A stretch of DNA of 64,000 bases from a virus. Lineage: Duplodnaviria > Caudoviricetes. Shown one piece after another: positions 50,667-61,386 of this stretch; position 1 is the first letter of the stretch; each line of letters opens with the position of its first letter. The stretch spans positions 160,001-224,000 of IMG/VR virus record IMGVR_UViG_3300014000_000001; one strand, 5' to 3'. The position numbers and the translations under genes are program-made. The notes beneath the pieces were generated by a model. It was not told the DNA's origin and did no database searches. It worked only from the letters and a program-made list of their open reading frames with translations.

Positions 50667-53600
50667 ATGCTAAACGAAAATGCAATAGAGGATTTCCAAG
50701 GAACGGATATTTCTCACTTCATTCCAAACGAAGTACGTAAAAATATTAACCTTCAAATTGAACGCGTGATTATCCCTGCTTATGGCTCGTTTTTAGTACA
50801 TACTTTAAAGCCTAGGCACATCAATACTAAGTTACCTTTAACTCGCGGTAAAGACTATGAGATTTTATCTATTGATGAAAGAGCAACATTAAAAGCAGGC
50901 CGTGAAGTTGCACATGGTTTTGTGCTAATAAATGAAAACATCCCAGGGGTTGAATACGATTATCACTTTATCGGTGGTTTATATTCTAATGGTAAGTACT
51001 TGATGGATGAAGTGAAGAAACGTTATCCAAATGGTATTACACCTAACTTCGTTTTTGATTATATTAAAGGTAAACCAGAAACCTATCCAGCAAAAGACCA
51101 TATACATTCTGCTCATGACACCTATGGTTATGATGGCGTTAATAAACAGCTTGATCGGGTAATCCACGGAATCGAACGTGGGGCGGATACTAACTTAGCA
51201 AATATCTATATCCGTGCATCAGATAAACTCGCTGAGATGGAAACCACAACCACGAACGATATTAATACAATTCGTCAGAAACTTACAGATGCATTTGAAG
51301 CACTGAGAGTACAACAAGGTGAGTACATCTTTACTGATTCTTTGGATAATCCATCGATTCTTCGAGGGTATGGAACATGGGTGCGTGTCACCAATACTAT
51401 CTTGAAAGGCGCACAATCTGATATTATCGTGGGTGATGGTACATTGCTCTTAAAAGGGAATGAGCAACCTTTACGTAACACTTATATCTGGATGAATAAA
51501 GATAGCATTGTTGCGCCAACATATACCCTATCTATCCAAGGTGTAACTAAGACCAACAATAAATGGCCTGTGAATGAAAACACAACTTTTAAAGTTTTAA
51601 TTCAAACCACAGGGATTGCAAAGAACACAAAACTTGCTTGGTTAATCACTGGTATCGATGATCAATACATTGATGCAAGTGTATCTAAGATGACTGGAGA
51701 GTTTGTTATCAATGATCTAGGTCAAGCAACGGTTGATGTGCGATTACTTGATAACCCTAATGAGCTTGGCAATCGTGAATGTGTGTTCATGTTGGAACAT
51801 ATCGCAAATACTAGCTTAAACATCTTGGTTCAAGATACCATTCGTGCTAAATGGGTGGAGATGTTCTTTAGCCATGATAACTTAGGTAAAGTTAAAGCTG
51901 TGCGCATCAATGAGGGTGAGATCGTTTATCTGCAATTGAAGTTCTACGGTTATAGCGTGGGTGAGGACATTTATTTAGATTGGTCACAAAGTACCGTATT
52001 AAGTAATGAGTTTGAAATTGTACCCCCGTCTCTTTTATCTGCAACCGCATCAACTATGACAGTGGCGTTAAAGGTAAAAGCAAATCAATTAACTGATGGC
52101 GAGCGATCTTTAATTGTTTATTCTAAGAATGCCCCTTTAGATGCTGTGAGTAGTACGGATTCCGTGGCTTATGTTTTTGTTCAGGATAGTTCAGTTTCAA
52201 CCAATGTGAATATTGATTTTAAATCCACAACTGGAACCATTCTTACTAGCCTTAGTGAGGGCGATACATTTAGTATTAGCCTAACCACCTTACTCCCTAA
52301 AGATAGCGTGTTGGAATTGATTTATGAAACCAGTAAATCCTTAGATGAATTCACTGGGTTACAATCAACAGTAACAATTGATGTTAACGGTAAAGCCTCC
52401 TTTAATGTCACAAATGCAGTAGACTTCTTAACCAATGAAGGGGTGCAGCTGTTCAAAGTAACTGCCCGTTATCAAGGACAAGATGTATCGACAAATAGTA
52501 TTATTATTAAAGATACATCACAAACCCCGAAGTACACTATGACTATCACCGCACCAAATAGCACAACTCCAATTGCTAAAGTCAATGAAGGGGATGATTT
52601 CTGGGTGCGTTTAGCTGTTGCGGGTTGGGTAAATACTCCGTACCCTCCAACGATTGTATTTAACTATGGGTTAAATGATGATTATTCAGCCAATTCAAAA
52701 GTGCGTGATCGGGTAAACTCATCATTTCATGATCGACTACCTTATTCCAATGCCGCAGGAAGTTATAATGATGTTAGTTGGGTAAATGGTGCAGAGCTTA
52801 TCTTAAAGATGACTGCAATTGCTGATCGTAAATTCAGTGGAAATGCAAAATTCAATGTAAGTATGAAGCAAAGTAATATGGATCAATTCCTATTACAATC
52901 ATCTGTACAGATCATGGATACTTCTGTTTTAGATATTGCAACTGCTTGGTCAAGCTCAGGAGTGATTCTAAATCCAATTACCCAAGTCAATGAAATGCAA
53001 ACAGATGGTAGTAACAATACATTCTATTTGTGGATGGATGTTGATGGGGATGGGTCTTTATTTAATGACATCACTATCAACGCTACAGGTAGTGCAACTG
53101 CAAGCGACTTCGTTACAGTATTCCCATCTGTGGTAAACTTTGATACAGGTAAATCCAGAAAGATATTTGCTATTACTTTATTGTCTGACTTCTTAAATGA
53201 AGGGAATGAATCATTAACATTATATGGTACTTATGTTGATGTAAACGGTAAAGTTACAGAAGTGTTCAGAACTAGCATTACGATCATTGATAACTCAATT
53301 CTAGTACCGCTTGACGTTAAACTCTCGACCTCGAATACCGACCCTGATGCAGCACCATCAGGTGGTAAGTTTTCTGAGTATGGCGTGATCTACGCGCATG
53401 TAACCTTTCCAGCTTATGTGATGAATACCAACATTGAATGGGATGTATGGACGCTAACAGGAACTGCAGCTAACGGGCAGGTTACTCCAGTGAACGGTGT
53501 GGTGAACGCTCCAACAGGAAGCTCAGGTGTGGTGATTCAGATCAATCCTATTGCCGATCGTTTACAAGATGGGGAATTTAAAGGTCTGATTAAAGCTCGA

Positions 53601-56216
53601 CGTCGTTTGGTTTCAGGGAATAAGATTATCGGGATGAATGAGAATATTCCATTTACCCTTTTGGATGACTCTGTACCAATGACAATTGTCACTAAAACCT
53701 ATAAGGATGCTGCTCGAACCCAAGAGAGTACAATCTTTAATGAGGGTGATATCGTTTACGGTCGCACAGTGGTAAGTAACCCAAGCGGGGACTATTTTCT
53801 CACCAACAATATCACTACAGGTAACAACGACACCACAGATGCAACCTATACCTATTTAGGTGCAACTGGAACTGTAGTCACTTATGCTGATCAGCAGAAA
53901 GTGAAAAAGGTATTTAGCGCAGTTGCGGGTGTGGTGAGTTACACGGATGATTTTGCAATCACTCTTAGACGTAACCGAACCACTCAAGCTAAACCACAAG
54001 TAATTAAGGTAGGTGGTATTGTTTGGAAGAATACGGGTAATTGGGTTGTTGGAAACACTTACCCATCCGTGTGGGATGATACCCAACTTAACTCAGTGAA
54101 AACAATCACCGTAAATGACTCTTCCAAAACCCCTAGCTATGTTGTAAACGCAGGCTTAACTGAAAACTCAGCGCGAGCTGATAACTTTGATGAAGGGTTA
54201 GCTTTTGTTGTTTCTTTGAACATTAGTGATGGTGAAATTGGAGATGTTTATACTCTAACAAAGACAGGTAACTTTGAACAAGAGCGGCTAGAGGTGAGCC
54301 AATATGGTGTTGAACAAGTAACCAACGCCTATAACCAACGCTTAAGTTGGAATTTCAAATCGTATATTGGTCGTAACACCAATACTTGGACAACTTTAGG
54401 TTTTGATGTTTGGAATAAAACCACAGGCCTTAAGATTGGACATATTGATGTCAACATCAATGATATTTACAAAACTCCAACCTTACAAATGCGTTGGATG
54501 ATTGGTACAACTGATTACGCTGTGGATATCGATGAGGGTGATTCTCGCTATGAAGTTGTAGTTACTGGTGATCAATATTTGTTAGGTGATGAAGCTATTA
54601 AGTTAAGCATTGTTTCTGGACGCCCACTTGCAAAATATGGCAACTCCGCTAATTTTGATAAATGGTATCCAGTAAATATTGTAAATGGTGTCCCTACAGT
54701 TCGTATCCCTGTTTATCCGTTGGCAGATAAATACACCAACCCGGCAGCGGAATTGATCGCAAACCTAAAGGCTGTTACTTCGGTTACCAATGCTTCAGTT
54801 ACTTTATCTCGTGCAATCAATGATAATTCCCAAACCCGCGCATACACTCTAGTGGGGTGGTATTATCCAGGTGGGACAACTCCAATCTCTTCAGTAAATG
54901 AAGGTGATACGGTTGAGATGCGGGTTAAGGTCACGGGAGGTACTGATATTGTTCCAGTTAAACTCACTAACAACGGTGGTAGAACCGAATACATCACCCA
55001 CGAGTACGGTGTGACTAAATCGAGAACTTCTGATAATGCTGAATTGACTTGGACGTTCACTATCGGGAAGGATTTTAGAGATGCTACAGGTGATCAGATG
55101 CGACTACGAGTTAATCTTGAGATCACCGATACTTCGAGTACAACACGAACTGAAACCCTACCAATTAATAACACCAGCGTTGCGTCAGCGGGTGCGTGTA
55201 ATTTCTACGCTAGTGGTACATCTACAGTAATTACTTCAATAAAAGAAGGAAGTAATTTTGATGCAAACTTCCAACTGAGTAAGTGGAACACTGGTAGTAA
55301 TTATCGCTGTTTAACTAAGTCCTCAAGAAACGGAACAGAGTGGAAAGTAGATTCAACCAGTATAGGTAGTAATTGGACAACCTCAGGTTCAAATAAGGTA
55401 ATTAAGTTCCCATTATCTGTTAATGGAGATTCAACCACAAATACAGGTGGGGAACTTTATATCACTTCTGAACTTTGGGATATGGATGCGGGTCGTTTAT
55501 TAGCGAGTAGTTCACTCACTATTATCGATATATCTCGTGAACCTTTAAGCACTAACGATATGCGAATTGCAGCAGTAGGTGGAACTGCACAGATTTCCCA
55601 AATTAATGAAGGGAATACCGTAAGGCTCTATTTCTTACCAAGTTGTTTTGCGGGCACGGATTGGTCTGACAGTAAGCAATTTTATTGGTGGTTAGGTAAT
55701 CCAGGCGGTGGAGCTAATTCCAAGTTCGCCGATGGCTATATCCCTCAATCAAGTTTAGCGGGTGATGGATCGTATAGCGTTAATGTTCCAATTCCAGCAA
55801 ATGAAAGTACCGATGGTGATCGTACAGTTAGAATTGAACTCTATGAAATGTTTGGTTCTGGTAACGGTACTTACTTTAGAGGTAACTCTGCTAATTGTGT
55901 AATTAAAGATACATCTATTACACCATCAATTGATCAGGTCTACTGGGCGTGGGACTCTGCTGGAGGTAATCCAATTTCGGTCAACGGATCAGCCAATGAA
56001 GGTGACACAGTTTATCTGATTGTACAAGGTAAAGGTCTAGCTAACAATGGTGCAGATGTGACGGTAAGTTTGAATTGGGACGGCACAGCATCTGCAGCAG
56101 ATTTTGATACAACTCTCCCATCCTCTGTTACATGTAAACAATATACCACTGGTAGCACAACTTACTATCTTGGTTCCGTTCAGGTGAAAATCAAAGCAGA
56201 TGGAGTTGAAGGTTAA
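50667..56216 (+). CDS. Long tail fibre B, collinear paralogue of fibre A
   Basis: 1849 aa; same domain order with 12 complete repeats and a truncated 13th. Confidence 0.78.
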   Translation: MLNENAIEDFQGTDISHFIPNEVRKNINLQIERVIIPAYGSFLVHTLKPRHINTKLPLTRGKDYEILSIDERATLKAGREVAHGFVLINENIPGVEYDYHFIGGLYSNGKYLMDEVKKRYPNGITPNFVFDYIKGKPETYPAKDHIHSAHDTYGYDGVNKQLDRVIHGIERGADTNLANIYIRASDKLAEMETTTTNDINTIRQKLTDAFEALRVQQGEYIFTDSLDNPSILRGYGTWVRVTNTILKGAQSDIIVGDGTLLLKGNEQPLRNTYIWMNKDSIVAPTYTLSIQGVTKTNNKWPVNENTTFKVLIQTTGIAKNTKLAWLITGIDDQYIDASVSKMTGEFVINDLGQATVDVRLLDNPNELGNRECVFMLEHIANTSLNILVQDTIRAKWVEMFFSHDNLGKVKAVRINEGEIVYLQLKFYGYSVGEDIYLDWSQSTVLSNEFEIVPPSLLSATASTMTVALKVKANQLTDGERSLIVYSKNAPLDAVSSTDSVAYVFVQDSSVSTNVNIDFKSTTGTILTSLSEGDTFSISLTTLLPKDSVLELIYETSKSLDEFTGLQSTVTIDVNGKASFNVTNAVDFLTNEGVQLFKVTARYQGQDVSTNSIIIKDTSQTPKYTMTITAPNSTTPIAKVNEGDDFWVRLAVAGWVNTPYPPTIVFNYGLNDDYSANSKVRDRVNSSFHDRLPYSNAAGSYNDVSWVNGAELILKMTAIADRKFSGNAKFNVSMKQSNMDQFLLQSSVQIMDTSVLDIATAWSSSGVILNPITQVNEMQTDGSNNTFYLWMDVDGDGSLFNDITINATGSATASDFVTVFPSVVNFDTGKSRKIFAITLLSDFLNEGNESLTLYGTYVDVNGKVTEVFRTSITIIDNSILVPLDVKLSTSNTDPDAAPSGGKFSEYGVIYAHVTFPAYVMNTNIEWDVWTLTGTAANGQVTPVNGVVNAPTGSSGVVIQINPIADRLQDGEFKGLIKARRRLVSGNKIIGMNENIPFTLLDDSVPMTIVTKTYKDAARTQESTIFNEGDIVYGRTVVSNPSGDYFLTNNITTGNNDTTDATYTYLGATGTVVTYADQQKVKKVFSAVAGVVSYTDDFAITLRRNRTTQAKPQVIKVGGIVWKNTGNWVVGNTYPSVWDDTQLNSVKTITVNDSSKTPSYVVNAGLTENSARADNFDEGLAFVVSLNISDGEIGDVYTLTKTGNFEQERLEVSQYGVEQVTNAYNQRLSWNFKSYIGRNTNTWTTLGFDVWNKTTGLKIGHIDVNINDIYKTPTLQMRWMIGTTDYAVDIDEGDSRYEVVVTGDQYLLGDEAIKLSIVSGRPLAKYGNSANFDKWYPVNIVNGVPTVRIPVYPLADKYTNPAAELIANLKAVTSVTNASVTLSRAINDNSQTRAYTLVGWYYPGGTTPISSVNEGDTVEMRVKVTGGTDIVPVKLTNNGGRTEYITHEYGVTKSRTSDNAELTWTFTIGKDFRDATGDQMRLRVNLEITDTSSTTRTETLPINNTSVASAGACNFYASGTSTVITSIKEGSNFDANFQLSKWNTGSNYRCLTKSSRNGTEWKVDSTSIGSNWTTSGSNKVIKFPLSVNGDSTTNTGGELYITSELWDMDAGRLLASSSLTIIDISREPLSTNDMRIAAVGGTAQISQINEGNTVRLYFLPSCFAGTDWSDSKQFYWWLGNPGGGANSKFADGYIPQSSLAGDGSYSVNVPIPANESTDGDRTVRIELYEMFGSGNGTYFRGNSANCVIKDTSITPSIDQVYWAWDSAGGNPISVNGSANEGDTVYLIVQGKGLANNGADVTVSLNWDGTASAADFDTTLPSSVTCKQYTTGSTTYYLGSVQVKIKADGVEG

Positions 56217-56219
56217 TAA

Positions 56220-56239
56220 AAGGTGGGGAAACCCACCTT
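56220..56239 (+). terminator. Short GNRA-loop hairpin between fibre B and adhesin gene
   Basis: aaggtggg-gaaa-cccacctt; weak U tract. Confidence 0.5.
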
Positions 56240-56258
56240 CTAATTTAGGAATCTAAAC

Positions 56259-57755
56259 ATGGCAATTAATGAAACAATTACTGCGACAGCTTCTTTAACT
56301 ACTTCTGGTGGGAAGAATTTAAGTTTACGTGGAAATACCTTAACCATTAACGATACATCAAATAACGATATAGTTATTGATATTACTAAAGACTGGAAAA
56401 CCTCGGCAGCATCAAGTGCTTATGGTGGTTTATACATTAAACCTACATTAAATTTATCAAACGAAGTAAAAGCTCGTTTCGGTGGGTTTGAATCAGGTAA
56501 GCGTTATATTTTTAGAATCGCGAGTGATGTGGTGCTTTTAGCAAATAGCACATCAGCTCAAGCGATAATGGATGGAGATTGGCCATCCACGATTGAAAAC
56601 CCAAGAGTGGAAAACTATGGCTTGATTATGGGGCGTGGTGGTAATAATGGTGTGGGGGGTGGTTTGAATGGACGTAATAGTTATTACACGCCTAAAATTA
56701 AACCAACGGTTGGAGGTAGTGCGATCGGTAGTATTAGCGCCCCTATATTAGTAAACAATTATGGTGGGATATGCTCGGGTGGTGGTGGTGCTGGGTCAAA
56801 CACTGAGTATTCTCAATATTCTAAGATCAGTGGTAGTAATCAGGATTATTACTCCGTAATGATAGCTGCAATTGCATCAGGTGCAGGTGCTCCTTTTGGG
56901 GTCACAACGCGTGATATTAACGTCCATAATGATATTGTGATAATGAATCAGGCTATGCCTTGGTTCAGTGGGCGTTCAGCAACATTTAATAGTAATGAGT
57001 TAGTTACTCCCTACAATGCTAACCTTAACTACGTTAAATATGTAACTATTCGAGTAAACTACCAGGATAACACACTAACGTTGACGGATACCAAAATCAA
57101 CAACACTCGAAGTTTTAATGTTCAATCTTACCCACAGTGGTGGGCTGATCGCAGAAACGCGGGTAATGGTCCAGAAATCGGCTATCTTTTCAACTATAAA
57201 CAAAATAACACCAAGAATTATCGACCACCGTATAATGGGGACCCAGCAGATCAAGGTGGTTATTTGGATAGCGTTACTCCTGCAGGGTTGTTTAGGGGAG
57301 GTCGTGGAGGTAATCCAGAAGTGAATTTAATGTTTGACCTATATCTTATGCGTTTTATACCGTGTATGACTCCAGCACAGTCACAAGTTTGGCGTGATCG
57401 TTGGCGTGGCGCTAATGGTGGGGATGTTGGCAAGTCAGGTAATGCTGGAATCAATACCCCTCTTTGGACGATGAACTATCAATCTGCCAATAGAGCCAAT
57501 TATCGTTATTTAGAGGGAGCTCAAGGAACCATGTGGGGTGTGGGCGCTACCGCAGATAACTACTATTATGGAACCACTGATGGTGGGGCTGCGGCAGGCC
57601 CATTGACTATTGGTAACGTCACTATTAATAATCTAAATGGGGGTGTTACTGGAGGTGACGCTGTACTGGACAAATACGACCCTAACGGGACGTTTGATGT
57701 TAACGCTCGAGCCGCTGCAAATAATGTAACTTTAGAATTTCCATGCATCTATTAA
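56259..57755 (+). CDS. T-even gp38-like glycine-rich adhesin (fibre tip)
   Basis: AGGA RBS; ENYGLIMGRGGNNG, NNYGGICSGGGGAG, GAGAPFG, GGRGG, GGDVGKSG and GGAAAG motifs in gp38 order. Confidence 0.7.
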   Translation: MAINETITATASLTTSGGKNLSLRGNTLTINDTSNNDIVIDITKDWKTSAASSAYGGLYIKPTLNLSNEVKARFGGFESGKRYIFRIASDVVLLANSTSAQAIMDGDWPSTIENPRVENYGLIMGRGGNNGVGGGLNGRNSYYTPKIKPTVGGSAIGSISAPILVNNYGGICSGGGGAGSNTEYSQYSKISGSNQDYYSVMIAAIASGAGAPFGVTTRDINVHNDIVIMNQAMPWFSGRSATFNSNELVTPYNANLNYVKYVTIRVNYQDNTLTLTDTKINNTRSFNVQSYPQWWADRRNAGNGPEIGYLFNYKQNNTKNYRPPYNGDPADQGGYLDSVTPAGLFRGGRGGNPEVNLMFDLYLMRFIPCMTPAQSQVWRDRWRGANGGDVGKSGNAGINTPLWTMNYQSANRANYRYLEGAQGTMWGVGATADNYYYGTTDGGAAAGPLTIGNVTINNLNGGVTGGDAVLDKYDPNGTFDVNARAAANNVTLEFPCIY

Positions 57756-57759
57756 TTTT

Positions 57760-57789
57760 AATTCAATGGAGCCTAGGCTCCATTGAATT
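57760..57789. terminator. CCTAGG-centred perfect palindrome (30 bp)
   Basis: aattcaatggagcct|aggctccattgaatt, TATG at 57791. Confidence 0.72.
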
Positions 57790-57822
57790 TTATGACATTT
57801 TATAATTCAGAGATAAACTCTC

Positions 57823-60800
57823 ATGGCTTTAATATTCCCGTTTGACTCAACATTAAAAGGCTATGTCGAAGAAGTAGAAATTAATATCTCTAATCTCGAA
57901 TATCCAATTTTCACCTTCCCTAAAGGTTCGTTCTTTGTATCTGAACTTTACGGTATTGTTAAAGGCACTAGAACTATCGTTCGCCCTGGACTTGATTTTA
58001 AAGTACTTAGTTTAAATGAAACCATTCAATTTAATGATAGCGATACTAACTTAAATACCACTTTAAAACAAAACTATGTTCGTAACGGCATTCTTTGGTG
58101 TGGCAGGCAAGACGTTGGTACGATTGTTTGGAAGGTACCTTATTGTGGCGGTGAAGACAGTAATAAACCTGCTCAATACAGTAACTATATTGCCACACTT
58201 TATAACCAAGCTCGCACGCTAGGCACAATTAACCTATATGGAATTAAACAACAAGCTTGGGGTGGATTTATTCATCCTGAAAATAAACAAATTGTATCGG
58301 GACGTGATATCTATAATAAGTATTTTGACTACTATGAGGACATCAATAACAACGGCGGTTTGGGTTGGGGTAAAGTTCATCTTTCAATGATGGCATTAGC
58401 CGAGGTTGTTGCAAATGGTGGAGATCCAATGGAGATTCAAGCCTTTTACGACTGGCTTAGAAAATATGAAATTGAATACACCAAATACAAAGATAGCATT
58501 GTTGCTAATTTAAACCAACAAATTGAAAACCTTGATCAAAAGCGGGTAGGGTTTGAGCAGTTTGTTTATTCTAATGGGAATTACAATCATTACAGTAAGC
58601 ACAATTATAAAGAATTGAATAATGTAATACTTCGTGGTTTAGATCCTGACGAAACTGGGTTTCAATTAAACCCAATTAAAACCAACAGAAATAATGTAGG
58701 TCATTATGCCTTAGGTGTATGGGGTAATGACTTTGATCTAAAAGCAACTCGATTATCACAACGTAAATCCATTGCAATAGATACGAGTCCGTTTAAAATA
58801 TCAATCACCTATGTAAAACAAACTACCTCAGGTAGTAATCCACGTAACATTCAATATGGGGTTAAATTTGAAAATATAGAAAAAGCATCGAGCGGAGTCT
58901 ATACCGCTTATATTATCTCTAAACGTTTAGGGGTGATTGCAACGTTGGATGTAAGTAGATATATCACGGGATTAAGTGGAAGCTCTACGATTGGGACCTC
59001 AGCACAATACCCTGGAGGTAGTACTGATTATGCTGATGATATTATTTTCATTTTTGTAGCCAATGAAAATATGCAGACCGATTTCATGGCTGAGGTGGGT
59101 CGTTTGCGTTACATTAGCTATACTCGTAACTATGGTTACACGCTTAGCGTTGACACTCGTGGGTTGATTATTACTAATGGGGAGTTGATTTCTAAAAACC
59201 CTGAATTAGACTTAACGCAAGATAATGCAATTGGAACCAGTAGTGTTGAAGTAACGATCACTCGCCAGTTCTCTGATTACGTTGAGACAAACTATTTAGC
59301 TGCGGTGGATGTAAAAGATATTGGTAGTGCAATCAACAATACAGTGAACGCAATGGCGACAATCAATTGGGCTGCAGGTGAAACCAAAAAGATTGTTAAG
59401 GTGAGTAATAGTGACGGGTTATTTACACGTGACACCACAGTTGCAATCCAACTCCATCGCACTAATCAAGTGAATGTTCCAATCGCAACAAGACAAATCC
59501 TCGCTACGGTACTTGTGGGTCAGCGTAAGAGTACTACAAATAACGTAGCTTACATTGAACTCTTAGATAGTGAAGAAAATGGTAATCCAGTTACTTTACC
59601 AAAAGACGGTACTCGTTACTATTTATCGGTGCAATACGCTAAGAACTTTAACTTTCACCGAGTAAACCCTACACTGAAAGTGGCTAACATAGTGGGTAAC
59701 CCTGGTAACGTTTTGATGGGTACTCCAAAATTCATCGATGTGGGTCATGTTATCTACCCGATTCAGTTTTTAGATTTCAAACCAACCGCAGGATTAAATT
59801 ACTTTGAAACTTCGCTTGAATTGGTTGACCCAAATAGCTCTTTTAGCACCAATCGCATTAACTTATATATTGCTCACCAATCGGTAAATTTTGCAGGAGC
59901 TGGTACTTTTAATCTGGTTGAGTTTCTTACAGTGGAAGCAATAGGCGGAGTGATCACTACGTTTAGATATCGCCCAACTAATCTAGGGGTGATTCCAAAC
60001 CTAACTGCGTTTAACTTGTCTTTATCGAATAATGCTACAGTGGTTAATCCTCCTATCTACCTGAATGATCAATTGGAATTTAGTTTTTTCACCCCAGATG
60101 CATCGATAGGTAAGCCTGTTAATATTGAGGTTAGTTATGTTAATGCTTCAGGGCAAAGTGTAACCGTAGTCAATATGGTGAACACTTATAACTTTAGAGG
60201 AGCTAGATTAGATTTTATTTCTCCTTCAAATATGGCGATTATTAACCGCCCACGACTAGGGGAGCCATTTAAGATCCGTTATCGCGGTGAGTTTAACGTA
60301 ACCCCAACTAAAGTATCGGTAAGTATTGATACTACTATGAGTGATCGCAATAATGTTAATTGGAGCGGGGATGCACCTGATCTACAAAACCCAACATTGA
60401 GTGGGGTTGTTGTGGCGAGTGATAAAACTGCTTGGGTGAATGCTGGAACACAAATTAGTGTAGCTGAAGTTATCAACACGACAACATATCAAGATTACGC
60501 TAAGGTTTATTTTAAAGTGGTGAGTGAATTCCCAGATGGTACAACTAATGTTAGCTTGGTAATGAAAGAATTCTTAATTGAATCCTTCGATATTAAATTC
60601 TATCGATTAGGAAGCAACGAAGAAATCACCGATGGTGTGTTTGTAAGTGGTACATCAGCAATTATGTCTGTTACTTCCAAAACTATTGATCTAAGCTCGA
60701 TAAATTATGTCACAATTTATGGAAGTGGTTTTGTGTATAAAAACCTAATAGTAGATGCAACGAACAACACTGTTAAAGCGGTGTTCGACATCACTACGGT

Positions 60801-60885
60801 ATCTGATGGGCCTTTTAGTCCAAAGATTTCAATTGGAGGCTATGAGGTTTATGAGCGTAAACAATTCAGAATTGTCGCAGCTTGA
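57823..60885 (+). CDS. Tail fibre-like protein (divergent member of the same N-terminal family)
   Basis: 1020 aa; FPFD, PKGSFF..L, GLDF..L, YCGG N-terminal pattern shared with 43264/45079/50667; beta-rich remainder. Confidence 0.62.
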   Translation: MALIFPFDSTLKGYVEEVEINISNLEYPIFTFPKGSFFVSELYGIVKGTRTIVRPGLDFKVLSLNETIQFNDSDTNLNTTLKQNYVRNGILWCGRQDVGTIVWKVPYCGGEDSNKPAQYSNYIATLYNQARTLGTINLYGIKQQAWGGFIHPENKQIVSGRDIYNKYFDYYEDINNNGGLGWGKVHLSMMALAEVVANGGDPMEIQAFYDWLRKYEIEYTKYKDSIVANLNQQIENLDQKRVGFEQFVYSNGNYNHYSKHNYKELNNVILRGLDPDETGFQLNPIKTNRNNVGHYALGVWGNDFDLKATRLSQRKSIAIDTSPFKISITYVKQTTSGSNPRNIQYGVKFENIEKASSGVYTAYIISKRLGVIATLDVSRYITGLSGSSTIGTSAQYPGGSTDYADDIIFIFVANENMQTDFMAEVGRLRYISYTRNYGYTLSVDTRGLIITNGELISKNPELDLTQDNAIGTSSVEVTITRQFSDYVETNYLAAVDVKDIGSAINNTVNAMATINWAAGETKKIVKVSNSDGLFTRDTTVAIQLHRTNQVNVPIATRQILATVLVGQRKSTTNNVAYIELLDSEENGNPVTLPKDGTRYYLSVQYAKNFNFHRVNPTLKVANIVGNPGNVLMGTPKFIDVGHVIYPIQFLDFKPTAGLNYFETSLELVDPNSSFSTNRINLYIAHQSVNFAGAGTFNLVEFLTVEAIGGVITTFRYRPTNLGVIPNLTAFNLSLSNNATVVNPPIYLNDQLEFSFFTPDASIGKPVNIEVSYVNASGQSVTVVNMVNTYNFRGARLDFISPSNMAIINRPRLGEPFKIRYRGEFNVTPTKVSVSIDTTMSDRNNVNWSGDAPDLQNPTLSGVVVASDKTAWVNAGTQISVAEVINTTTYQDYAKVYFKVVSEFPDGTTNVSLVMKEFLIESFDIKFYRLGSNEEITDGVFVSGTSAIMSVTSKTIDLSSINYVTIYGSGFVYKNLIVDATNNTVKAVFDITTVSDGPFSPKISIGGYEVYERKQFRIVAA

Positions 60886-60897
60886 AAGGATTGAATT

Positions 60898-61386
60898 ATG
60901 TTTAATATAAAATTTAGCCGAGAAGGGGCAATGGTGTACTCAAAACAAGCCAGTCAGATTCTCGGTAAGAATTATTGGTATTTACGAGATGATGTGAAGG
61001 TGAGGATTGAGTTTAAATCCCTAGTTTGGAGTTTCATTATTCCTCAAGGTTATCTAACTGATGGAGCTACCGTACCTCGTCTCGCTTGGAGTATCGTTCC
61101 ACTTTGGGATGAATGTACCAATGCTGTATTGTTGCATGATTATTTATGCAATTACTCAGTAACGTCAACAGACGGGGAACTCTATCCTTTAAACCGTAAA
61201 GATATTGATCTGTTATTTTTACGGACAATGGAGTTCTATGGAGTACATTGGTTTAAACGTAAATTAATGTATGGGTGTGTGCGTCTTTGGGCGAAACTCT
61301 TTAAATATGAAAAACCAATGATCTCAACCAAAAAATATGAAATGGAAGAGATGATTCGTGAAAACATTCGATTGGGGTATTACTAA
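60898..61386 (+). CDS. DUF1353 family protein
   Basis: IPQGYLTDGATVPR, AVLLHDYLC, RKDIDLLF and KRKLMYGCVR motifs. Confidence 0.85.
   Translation: MFNIKFSREGAMVYSKQASQILGKNYWYLRDDVKVRIEFKSLVWSFIIPQGYLTDGATVPRLAWSIVPLWDECTNAVLLHDYLCNYSVTSTDGELYPLNRKDIDLLFLRTMEFYGVHWFKRKLMYGCVRLWAKLFKYEKPMISTKKYEMEEMIRENIRLGYY

Noticed and set aside
56214-56258. Readthrough or bypass fusing fibre B to the in-frame adhesin gene
   Set aside because: Three in-frame TAA codons, a hairpin and a dedicated AGGA RBS lie between them, and the second donor gene (61386) is not adjacent to any acceptor. Separate translation is more parsimonious.
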